A DNA stretch of 32,000 nucleotides from Ktedonobacterales bacterium (GCA_030167145.1 CP126532.1:480001-512000); one strand, 5' to 3'. Shown: positions 18,961-26,777, counted from the stretch's first letter. Translations and numbers: made by a program. The notes: generated by a model from the letters alone, not told the origin.

Positions 18961-19513
18961 CCTCGGCCATTTATGGCCGAGGCAGAGACGAATGGGTATG
19001 AATGCCTGACTGGACGCAGTGGCCGAAATGGCCGATGCAGCGGCGGTTGTGACCGTATGTGACAGGATGTGGCGAGAGGTGACGGGGAATTTTTCGCCGT
19101 TTTCGCCGCAATTTCGGGTTGCACGCACGAGTCCGGTGGCCGAAATGGCCGATTTCGCGGTGGGACAGTTGCCGATTCTGCCGATTTTCGCACATAGGCA
19201 GTGGCCGAAATGGCCGAGGTAGTGAGTACGTTGGGGCGAATGATAGGACTTGAGCGGAGATGAGGGAGATCTTTCGCCGCAGATTCGAGTGGCCGAAATG
19301 GCCGATTTCTTGGTCGAACACGGAGGTCACGTTGGGTGGTAAACCGAATTCTTGGCCTGAAGACCACAGATAATCCTGTACCTGCGGGTTGCCAGGAGTT
19401 GCCGATTCTGCCGATTTGCGTGGTTCGTGGCCGATGTGGCTGAAATGGTAGTTGCCGATTTTGCCGAAATTTCGTTTTGGCTGTACTGGTAGTGGCCGAT
19501 GTGACCGGAAATT
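18961..19513. repeat. Ordered intergenic array of short dimeric GCCG-core boxes (A/B/C boxes)
   Basis: A box GTGGCCGAAATGGCCGA is exact at 19019, 19136, 19201 and 19289, and degenerate at 19427 and 19492. B box AGTTGCCGATTCTGCCGATTT is exact at 19167 and 19397, with a variant at 19450. C variants lie at 19090-19117 and 19271-19288. An inverted pair CCTCGGCCAT-TT-ATGGCCGAGG sits at 18961-18982. Copies fall in different reading frames. Confidence 0.85.
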
Positions 19514-19891
19514 GAGAGCGCGGGGGGGCCGGCTACCGGATGCGGAAATATGCTTCCGAAGTGGCTGGGCGCGAGCGCGCTGAGCCTGGTAGCCCCGACC
19601 ATGTCGAACGGGATGCGGGCGAATGATAGGTTGGCGGGTGTGCGGGGCGAGCGACATGTATGACCTTTTTAGCGTGCGGACTGCTGGCGACGAAACGAGA
19701 CGGTGCGAATGGACCAGTATGAAGTGTAGCACGCGGCGTGGAGTGGACAAGCGCGTGATGCCGGACAGGAGGGGCCAAACGCGGACAAGGAGAATGGCTG
19801 GATGGCGGTGTGAAGACTGCTGACATTGCAGAAGTTTGTTCTATACGGGCGATGTTAGCTATCTCACAGATCGCTTTCTGGCGTTAACTGG

Positions 19892-21214
19892 CTAGGGGTA
19901 TGTGGCGATATATGCGCCCTCGGCCTCGCCGGTATAGCTGGCGCCATCTGTTTGGTTTCCACCGCTGCCATACACTGCCCAGATGAGGTTGCCACTCATT
20001 TGATAGAAGCAACTGATATTGTCGGGATCTCGGCCCATCGGCTGCCATTGATCGCCCCCTGGCGGTAGGCGATAGAGTCCGAAGAGGTTTGTGTCAGCGG
20101 AGCTTTGCTCTGGGCGATCATTGACCGTGATGAGCACCGAACTATCGGGCAGAAATGCCGCGAGGTTCATCGCTGATACCGATGTGAAGGGCCGCCCTTT
20201 GAGACAGTTGCAGGTGAGTGTGATGTCCATCGCAGGACGTTTCTGCCAGGTTTTGCCGCCATCGCTGGTGCAGGTGAGATGATTGAACGAACTGATGGGG
20301 GCAGCAAGATCTTGCATGGCGACACAGAGATGCCAGGGCACATCGCCGTTGGATGGCTGGACGACGATTTGCACAGGATTGATGCCAGGATCAGCCAGCG
20401 CCGACCAGTGCGCACCACCATCGCTGGTCTGCCAGAGGCCGCGCCCGGAGCCAGTGGTGGTATGAACGAGAATGCTGCCGGTGTTGGGATTGAGCCAGAA
20501 CGCGCGGAGGCCCTGGTTGGGCGTGGATATCGCCGCGTCTATATCCTCCCAGGAGCGCATGGTATCGTGACTGACCACCAGGTGCGCTGGGGCGTCTACG
20601 CCGCCACTACCTGCCCGCAAGGCATAGATTGCGCCGCCATAGGTTATCACCTGTGTGTACTCCTCGCCGCTGCCGATAGAGCGCCACGAGCGACCGCCGT
20701 CGGCGCTGGCAAAGTTGAGCGCGTTTTGATCGAGGGGGCTAGCGCCAGGGTTATACCAGGAGACGGTTGCGAGAAGAGTTTGGGGCTGTGTCGCATCTAC
20801 GATGATGGAGCAATAGCCTCCTTGTTTTGTTGGCAAGTCGCCTACTTGACTCCAATGCTCGCCCTGGTCAGATGACTTCAATATCTGCTGTGTCACCGGA
20901 GTGATTTCAATCGGTGGCGAGGGAATGCACGTAAATGCTAAATTCCCATCGCTCGGTGTCATCCCAACAGTTGCCCACGAGCCAGGGAGGGCAAAGGCTT
21001 GCGGAAAGGTGACATGCCGCCAAGCGAGCGCATGTGGGGGTGTGAGTGTTGGGGTGGGAGCGGGCGGATGTGATGGGGCTTGCGCCGATTGCCCGCAGGC
21101 CGACAAGGCGAATATCGAAACGATGAGCAGGACAAACAACGCTTCACGACGAATTGTAGATCTATTGCTTGTCATGTCTGTTCCCTGGCGCGAGTCAAGC
21201 TTTCCCTGATACAT
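19892..21214 (-). CDS. Secreted lipoprotein with Asp-box (BNR) repeats, beta-propeller-like (paralog 1)
   Basis: Signal peptide with lipobox (LLIVSIFALSAC). There are five S/T-x-D-x-G-x-x-W motifs (SSDQGEHW, SADGGRSW, SHDTMRSW, TSDGGAHW, TSDGGKTW). The start could be at 21214 or at the internal ATG at 21175. Confidence 0.8.
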   Translation of the reverse strand: MYQGKLDSRQGTDMTSNRSTIRREALFVLLIVSIFALSACGQSAQAPSHPPAPTPTLTPPHALAWRHVTFPQAFALPGSWATVGMTPSDGNLAFTCIPSPPIEITPVTQQILKSSDQGEHWSQVGDLPTKQGGYCSIIVDATQPQTLLATVSWYNPGASPLDQNALNFASADGGRSWRSIGSGEEYTQVITYGGAIYALRAGSGGVDAPAHLVVSHDTMRSWEDIDAAISTPNQGLRAFWLNPNTGSILVHTTTGSGRGLWQTSDGGAHWSALADPGINPVQIVVQPSNGDVPWHLCVAMQDLAAPISSFNHLTCTSDGGKTWQKRPAMDITLTCNCLKGRPFTSVSAMNLAAFLPDSSVLITVNDRPEQSSADTNLFGLYRLPPGGDQWQPMGRDPDNISCFYQMSGNLIWAVYGSGGNQTDGASYTGEAEGAYIATYP

Positions 21215-21249
21215 GCGCGGCCCTTTCCGCTAGATCGGTGAGATAAGAA

Positions 21250-22524
21250 TTAACCGGGATAGCTCACGGAGAAGATGCGATTTTGCGGATCGAGCAGCAT
21301 TTCTGGTGCGGCGGTTGCCCAGAGAAAGCCCGCGCCTGGAGCGTTACAGGAATACACAGCGAACTGGGGTAACTTTCCCATTGGTTGCCACTGGATACCG
21401 CCAAGAGGCAAGCGATACAGCGTATATTCGGTGATCGCGCCGCTGGCATCTACTGTATCCGCCGCACGCGCGAGTACAGCACCGTCATATGCGATAGCAA
21501 GAACCGTGGTTGAGCCTACCTGTCCGGGCGCTAGAAGATGATTTAGCGCATTGCACGTCTGCCAAGTACGGCCGCCATCCGTCGAGCATAGGAGGCTATT
21601 AGGAGCTAAATTTGAGGAGCTAGAGTCATCAAATGCCGACCCACAAATATGCCAGGGTTGCGCGGCAATTGAAGGCTGAACCACGAACCCGTCAACAGTT
21701 GGCGATGATATTGCACTCCAGGTAGCGCCGTCGTCTTCTGATTGCCAGAGCTTGGGCTTGGCAGATCCGGTTCCAATCTCGGCAAGAATCTCTTTGGAAG
21801 CTGGACGCAGCCAGAAATGCATGATGTCATCGGGTAGATTGTGATCTACTCGCCGCCATGTTCGCATCCCATCGCTGGTCGCCCAGAGGCCAAGATGCGC
21901 CACACTGCCAGTGATTTCATCGCGAATGGCGTATAGCAGACCATTCCGAGACACCATCTGCTGAAGAATGTTTCCGGAGGTTGGTTGCCATGTTGAGCCA
22001 GCGTCGAAGGTAACGGCCCATGGGCCAAATATCGGCTTGCTGCCACTTGAAAGCGTATCAATCATGACTACGGCAACCGATGCATCCGTGTCATCGGTAA
22101 CGATCGTGCAATCTTGAGCGCCGTTAGCCGCCGGAAGCGCTCCAAGCTTCCAGTGCGAGCCGCCATCCTGCGTAACCCACACGGCTGGTGGCAGCATGTG
22201 GCTGCTATCGCGGGGCAAGGCACAAGCGTAGATTACATTACCGTTCGCGAGTGTGGGCGTGGAAGCAGGTGGAAAGTAAGCGGATGACATTATCGGCTGA
22301 GCCTTTGGCTGCCACTTCAGTGGGGCAGATGGCAGAAGTCCGGGTGTCGCGGTCGGTAATGGGATAGCAGTGGGAGGAAACGTAGGCGTGGAGATAGGAT
22401 TCGTGTGTGTTACGGCGCCACCGTGGGTTGAAGCGCAGGCAGAGTAAGCGAGGCATGCGAACAGAAAGAAGCAGGCGTAATAGCAGATGAGTTGCCAGCG
22501 CCGGGCGGGGTGGTGTGCGTCCAT
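21250..22524 (-). CDS. Secreted lipoprotein with Asp-box (BNR) repeats, beta-propeller-like (paralog 2)
   Basis: Lipobox LAYSAC. Asp-box motifs are TQDGGSHW, TFDAGSTW, TSDGMRTW, SEDDGATW and STDGGRTW. The C-terminal block LYRLP.GG.QWQPMG is shared with 19892..21214. Confidence 0.8.
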   Translation of the reverse strand: MDAHHPARRWQLICYYACFFLFACLAYSACASTHGGAVTHTNPISTPTFPPTAIPLPTATPGLLPSAPLKWQPKAQPIMSSAYFPPASTPTLANGNVIYACALPRDSSHMLPPAVWVTQDGGSHWKLGALPAANGAQDCTIVTDDTDASVAVVMIDTLSSGSKPIFGPWAVTFDAGSTWQPTSGNILQQMVSRNGLLYAIRDEITGSVAHLGLWATSDGMRTWRRVDHNLPDDIMHFWLRPASKEILAEIGTGSAKPKLWQSEDDGATWSAISSPTVDGFVVQPSIAAQPWHICGSAFDDSSSSNLAPNSLLCSTDGGRTWQTCNALNHLLAPGQVGSTTVLAIAYDGAVLARAADTVDASGAITEYTLYRLPLGGIQWQPMGKLPQFAVYSCNAPGAGFLWATAAPEMLLDPQNRIFSVSYPG

Positions 22525-22607
22525 TCTAGCGAGCGCCTTTCCAACGTGCGGCGAGCGCGGACCGGACTGTACCTACCGATGCGCTCTGGTTGTCTCATGG
22601 CCACGCT

Positions 22608-22636
22608 AGTATAGACGCATGCTTATTCTCCGACAA
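22608..22636 (-). promoter_or_regulatory. Candidate promoter for the BNR lipoprotein genes
   Basis: On the minus strand: TTGTCG (22636-22631), a 17-nt spacer, then TATACT (22613-22608). Motif match only. Confidence 0.35.
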
Positions 22637-22747
22637 CTGTGAAATTCGTCACACGATGCCTCATTTCTCGCGGTTGGCGCAAAAATTGGGGATGTGTGAT
22701 GGCATTTGTGAGGTCAGGCGAGGGTAGTAGTGGCGCTACGATCGCGC

Positions 22748-23392
22748 TTAGAAGAGCGACATTTGCTGAGGGGTGTCGCCATCGTCGTCAGGTTCGGTGG
22801 GCTGGCCAAGCTTTCCCTCGGCGGCGAGGCGGCGCGCTTCGGCGAGCGCGGCTGGCAGGGCATGGGTAAAATCGGAAATGACGGTGTCGCGCAGTTCCTC
22901 GCGGTGCAGCGCCGCCGCTGGATTGTACATTGCGACGACGATGCGCCCATGCCGCAGTTGCGCTTGTCCGTGGATGCGACTGATCTTCGCGCCAGGGAGA
23001 AAGCGCGCGAGGGCTGGTCCGCCGAGGGTGACAATCACCAGCGGATTGACCGCCGCGATTTGCCGGGTGAGGTAGCTCGCACACGCACTGACCTCATTGG
23101 GATGCAGGGCACGGCTATCGGGCGACCGATGCTTGACGATGTTGGTGAGATAGACGCGAGCACGATCCAGCCCCGCGAGCGCCAGCAATTCGTCGAGGAA
23201 CGCGCCAGAAGGTCCGGAGAAGGGGTTACCGCTGCGGTCGTCGTAGGCACTGGGCGCTTCGCCAATGAGCATTACCTCGGCATGCGGGCTGCCCGTTCCC
23301 GGCACGCCAGTCCTTGCGCCGATGTGCAAATCGCAGCGCTGGCAGGTCGCGATCTCCGCCGCTATCTGGGCGAGCATGTCCTCAGTCGCCAT
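22748..23392 (-). CDS. Uracil-DNA glycosylase, family-4-like
   Basis: N-terminal C-x2-C (TCQRCDL), motif A LIGEAPSAYDDRSGNPFSGPSG.FL, and a C-terminal motif-B region VAMYNPAAALH. Confidence 0.85.
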   Translation of the reverse strand: MATEDMLAQIAAEIATCQRCDLHIGARTGVPGTGSPHAEVMLIGEAPSAYDDRSGNPFSGPSGAFLDELLALAGLDRARVYLTNIVKHRSPDSRALHPNEVSACASYLTRQIAAVNPLVIVTLGGPALARFLPGAKISRIHGQAQLRHGRIVVAMYNPAAALHREELRDTVISDFTHALPAALAEARRLAAEGKLGQPTEPDDDGDTPQQMSLF

Positions 23393-23418
23393 GGTTATCG
23401 TCCCTTACAACATGTCCG

Positions 23419-23468
23419 AAAAAAAGCACAGAGCGGTAGCGCAGGATGTATACCCTGTCGCTACCGCT
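23419..23468 (-). terminator. Rho-independent-type terminator after the KGG-repeat gene
   Basis: On the minus strand, a 10-bp perfect stem (23468-23459 pairs with 23441-23432) has a 17-nt loop. It is followed by CTGTGC and a T7 run (23425-23419). Confidence 0.55.
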
Positions 23469-23514
23469 ACTGACCGTCAACAGCGCATCCGGCCTCACAA
23501 CCGGGGAGGCGATG

Positions 23515-23811
23515 TTACGGCTTGGGCGTGGTGCGTGGCTGGCGGGGCTGCTTCGGCGTGCCGCGTCCGCGCTCGCCACCCTTCTTGCCGATGCGGGAGT
23601 AGAACTCCGGGCCTTGTTGCCGCTTGGTTGACTCGCCGCCCTTCTTGCCAATTTCCGCATAGAAAGCCGGACCGAGCTTCTCTTTTACCGCTTCCCCGCC
23701 TTTCTTGCCGATGCGGGAGTAGAACTCGGGGCCGTACTTTTCGCGCACAGCCTGACCGCCATGTTTCGCTTTCGGGGATCCGGGTTCGGGTCCACGCTTG
23801 CTCGTTGCCAT
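23515..23811 (-). CDS. KGG-repeat general stress protein (YciG/GsiB/Con-6-like)
   Basis: Three ~20-aa repeats have the form GG.A/S.K....GPEFY..IGKKGG. They are encoded by three in-phase 60-bp DNA repeats (23581-23760). ATG at 23811 is preceded by AGAGGTG. Confidence 0.8.
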   Translation of the reverse strand: MATSKRGPEPGSPKAKHGGQAVREKYGPEFYSRIGKKGGEAVKEKLGPAFYAEIGKKGGESTKRQQGPEFYSRIGKKGGERGRGTPKQPRQPRTTPKP

Positions 23812-23959
23812 TCGATACACCTCTCTGTCACCTGATGTGACTGCTCTCAAACGCCTCGCGCTTGGTCTGTGACGGCAGCAATTGCATACCGCTCAATCAG
23901 GCAAACCTGCTGGCCTATGTGCAAGACGTATGCCAGTAGGTCGCTGTCTAGGGTCCACA

Positions 23960-24778
23960 TTACGAAATTCGTCCGCTGGCTTTCGCCGCCCGATTGGCTA
24001 TGAGGGCAGCCGTGGCGCCAGCGCCGACGCCATTGTTTATATTCACGACAGTCAAGCCTGGGGCACAGGAATTCAACATGGCCAGCAATGCAGCTTGGCC
24101 CTTGGCCCCCGCGCCATAGCCCGATGAAGTCGGAACACCGATCACTGGCACCGGAACCAATCCGGCAACCACCGACGGCAATGCACCATCCATGCCCGCG
24201 CAGACGACAACCGCGTCTATGTCGCGCGCGCGCAAGGCATCGAGGGAGCTGAGCAGCCGGTGCAACGCCGCCACACCAACGTCGTAGAGCGTCATGACCT
24301 CGCAACCCATCTCCTCTGCGACCAACCGAGCTTCTTCAGCCACGGCCACATCGCTCGTACCCGCCGTCAGCACGGCAATGCGGCCGCCGGTTCGTTGCGG
24401 CGCGTAGCCCGGCGCATGAATCGCAGCCGCGCGAGCGCTCCGCCGAAGCACGAGGGTGTAGTCGCCGAACTCACGCGGTAAACGTTCGAGTGTGCGCTCG
24501 CGCAGCCGTGTCACCAGCGCGTGCCCGGTGCGTTCCACGAAGGCGCGAACGATGGCAATGACTTGCTCATCGGACTTTACCCCCGCATAGATGAACTCGG
24601 GAATGCCCCTGCGCGCCTCTCGGTTGATATCCAGGCGCGCCTCCACTGCGCCCGACGAACCCTCCAGGCTGATAATCTCGAACACGGGCGATTCCTGTTC
24701 TGGCTCGTGCTTCACAGATACCCTCGATATGTCTCTGGTCTGCCGCCCGCCGCAGTGTAGATGCGCTTCGTGCGTCAT
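23960..24778 (-). CDS. larB: Nickel-pincer cofactor biosynthesis protein LarB (PurE-like AIR carboxylase family)
   Basis: RGIPEFIYAGVKS.EQ, LTAGTSDVAVAEEA...A...G.EV...YDVGVA..HRL and VVCAGMDGALPSVVAGLV.VPVIGVPTS.GYG are hallmarks of LarB. The start (24778 or 24781) is uncertain and lacks a clear RBS. Confidence 0.85.
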   Translation of the reverse strand: MTHEAHLHCGGRQTRDISRVSVKHEPEQESPVFEIISLEGSSGAVEARLDINREARRGIPEFIYAGVKSDEQVIAIVRAFVERTGHALVTRLRERTLERLPREFGDYTLVLRRSARAAAIHAPGYAPQRTGGRIAVLTAGTSDVAVAEEARLVAEEMGCEVMTLYDVGVAALHRLLSSLDALRARDIDAVVVCAGMDGALPSVVAGLVPVPVIGVPTSSGYGAGAKGQAALLAMLNSCAPGLTVVNINNGVGAGATAALIANRAAKASGRIS

Positions 24779-25005
24779 CACGTCTGCCGGTCGGGAAGGA
24801 ACTGCGCTCGCACCACCCCAGCGGTTTTTCGTCCACCGACCAGGGGATCCGGTGCTTTACGATAATATCATAATAGCACACGAACGGTCAAATCAAGAGC
24901 AAACGACGGTCTAGGCGCATTGCTCGTGAAATTCGTTCAGGTTGCTGAGAGCCGCGTGTGAACGACGGCGTATAGGCCGAAAGGGTAGGCGGGCAGTTAT
25001 AAGCG

Positions 25006-25101
25006 CGGCGGGCGCCCTCCTCAGAACCCCTCTTCGGAACGGCTCAGAGGGGCTGCGCGCTCGGAGGGACTTCGCTCCGCTCGCCCGCCGGACGCCCCTA
25101 C
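25006..25101. repeat. GC-rich nested-hairpin intergenic element ending in CCGGACGCCCCTAC
   Basis: Three nested helices are present: GGCGGGCG 25006-13 with CGCCCGCC 25081-88; CCCTCC 25014-19 with GGAGGG 25062-67; CCCCTCT 25026-32 with AGAGGGG 25045-51. The 14-mer CCGGACGCCCCTAC (25088-25101) recurs at 26889-26902. Confidence 0.45.
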
Positions 25102-25295
25102 AATGGCATCTGGCCGCGAAATCCGCCTTTGTGGGATGAGCAGAGAGCGATACCCTGGGCCAATTGGGTAGGCGGCTTGCCAGCATACGCCGAGGCTGCT
25201 ACACTGTGAAGGCGTCTGGGTTCGCGTTGGCGATGGCATCACGCTTCAGGCGCGGAGATCGTTGGTTTCGTATACATCGGAGGTAGGAAGTCGCG

Positions 25296-25868
25296 ATGTC
25301 GCTCCAGGCAAAACGCTTTGCGCTGCTGATGGTGGCGTTGAGCATCATCGCAGTGGCGTTGGTGGCCTGCCAGACACCTACGGCGCCAACGCAAAATAAC
25401 TCGAATAATGGTGGCGTCAACGTCTTTCATACACCGAATCCAGCGCTGCAAACGCCGACACCAGCATTTCCGCCGTTCACCATTGGCACATGGCCTTCGA
25501 ACTATTCTCCTAACTCCGGCGACAACCTGACCATCTACGTCATCTGCCGCAATCAGGATGCCTCGATGCAGAGCGCTCCCAAGCCTGCCGTAGGTGTAGG
25601 GGTCACTATCTCGATAGATCCGCCCTTCAATAACACCAAAGTGGTGACGACTGGCGCAGACGGCATCGCCGCATGGACGTTTCAGATGACCGATACCAGC
25701 AGTGGTCAGCCCGTGCAGGTGACGGTGACGGCAACTGGACCGGATGGCAAGACGTATGTCGCGCAGACGTTCTTCACGCCGTCGCCCGCAGCCGCGTCGC
25801 CTTCGCCATCACCATCTGGCACACCGGGCAGTGGCACGCCGCAACCAAGCCCAACCTCCGGCGGCTAG
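25296..25868 (+). CDS. Small secreted lipoprotein, unknown function
   Basis: Signal peptide plus lipobox (LSIIAVALVAC). AGGAAG RBS. The C-terminal tail is P/S/G-rich. Confidence 0.7.
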   Translation: MSLQAKRFALLMVALSIIAVALVACQTPTAPTQNNSNNGGVNVFHTPNPALQTPTPAFPPFTIGTWPSNYSPNSGDNLTIYVICRNQDASMQSAPKPAVGVGVTISIDPPFNNTKVVTTGADGIAAWTFQMTDTSSGQPVQVTVTATGPDGKTYVAQTFFTPSPAAASPSPSPSGTPGSGTPQPSPTSGG

Positions 25869-25888
25869 TCAGTTTAGTAGACGAGGAA

Positions 25889-25922
25889 GCCCCATTCCCA
25901 TACTTCGGGGGTGGGGCATTTT
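25889..25922 (+). terminator. Rho-independent terminator after the lipoprotein gene
   Basis: GCCCCATTCCC (25889-25899) pairs with GGGGGTGGGGC (25907-25917). The stem is 11 bp including two G-U pairs and is followed by ATTTT. Confidence 0.65.
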
Positions 25923-25955
25923 CGCGGCTACGTGCCGCCGTCCGCTGTGCCGTCG

Positions 25956-26777
25956 TTATTTCAAGGGCTGGCAGTGTGGACAATAGTGCGTGCCGCGCTG
26001 GAGGACGGTGATGCGCGCGATGGGCGTGCCGCAGCGCAGACACGGCTGGCCGGTGCGGCGATAGACCTCGACGTGTTCGAGGTTGGCGCCAGTCTCGTTA
26101 TGCACGTCGCGGTGGCGTCCGAAGGTGGTGCCGCCATGCTCAATGCCGGTGCGGAGCGCGCCCTGGATGCCCGCGTGCAGGCGCTGTAGCTCGTCGCGGC
26201 TGAGTGACGCGCCCGTGCATAGCGGATGAATACCCGCGCGGAAGAGCGCCTCGTCGGCATAGATGTTGCCCAGCCCGGCGATTACCGATTGATCCAGCAG
26301 GGCCGCTTTGAGTGGCCTACGTGTCGCGGCCAGCCGCACGGCGAGCACATCGGGCGTGAAGCTGGCAGCAAGCGGCTCCGGTCCCAGGCCAGGGAGCGCC
26401 TGCTCTATGGCATCTGAGGCTGCCAGCGCGAGCCGCCCAAACTTGCGCGGGTCGGAATAGAGCAGATAGCGCCCGTCATCCAGCTTCAGCGCGACGCGGA
26501 CGTAGGGGTCTTCGTCTATACGCGCGGCAAAAATCAGGTTGCCTGACATGCGGCGGTGGACGATCAACGTTTCCTCGCCGTCAAGGGCGATCAGCAGGTA
26601 CTTGCCGCGCCTGCCAATGCCGACGACACTACGACTGGCCAGCCGCGCGGCGAACTCTTCGGGCAGCATGCCTTGCACACTGCGCGCCCAGCAGACTTCG
26701 ACGCCGACGATGCGCCTGCCGACCAGCGTGGTCGCAAGCTGCCGGGCGACATATTCCACTTCGGGCAATTCTGGCAT
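25956..26777 (-). CDS. mutM: Formamidopyrimidine-DNA glycosylase
   Basis: N-terminal MPELPEVE, an H2TH region, and a C-terminal zinc finger C.RCG.......R.T.YCP.CQ. GAAGGAA RBS. Confidence 0.93.
   Translation of the reverse strand: MPELPEVEYVARQLATTLVGRRIVGVEVCWARSVQGMLPEEFAARLASRSVVGIGRRGKYLLIALDGEETLIVHRRMSGNLIFAARIDEDPYVRVALKLDDGRYLLYSDPRKFGRLALAASDAIEQALPGLGPEPLAASFTPDVLAVRLAATRRPLKAALLDQSVIAGLGNIYADEALFRAGIHPLCTGASLSRDELQRLHAGIQGALRTGIEHGGTTFGRHRDVHNETGANLEHVEVYRRTGQPCLRCGTPIARITVLQRGTHYCPHCQPLK

Noticed and set aside
18961-19513. CRISPR array interpretation of the repeat region
   Set aside because: The repeats are only 17-21 nt. Two or three repeat types alternate, and spacing is irregular at 65-138 bp. 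There is no leader/cas context in the window.
18909-19750. ORFs of 152 and 259 aa on the minus strand spanning the repeat array
   Set aside because: The repeated DNA boxes appear in three different reading frames (GHFGH, RPFRP, SAISAT). The composition is R/H/P/S-rich and there is no RBS. Repeat conservation is therefore at the DNA level, not the protein level.
24782-25295. Known housekeeping RNA (RNase P RNA, tmRNA, SRP RNA) in the 514-bp larB-lipoprotein spacer
   Set aside because: I looked on both strands for GGAAAGUCCGGGC / ACAGAAxCCGGCUUA (RNase P), a tRNA-like GGGG...CCACCA end (tmRNA) and GGUCCGGAAGGAAGCAGCC (SRP). Only a loose GCGAAGUCCCUCC resemblance exists, which is not sufficient.
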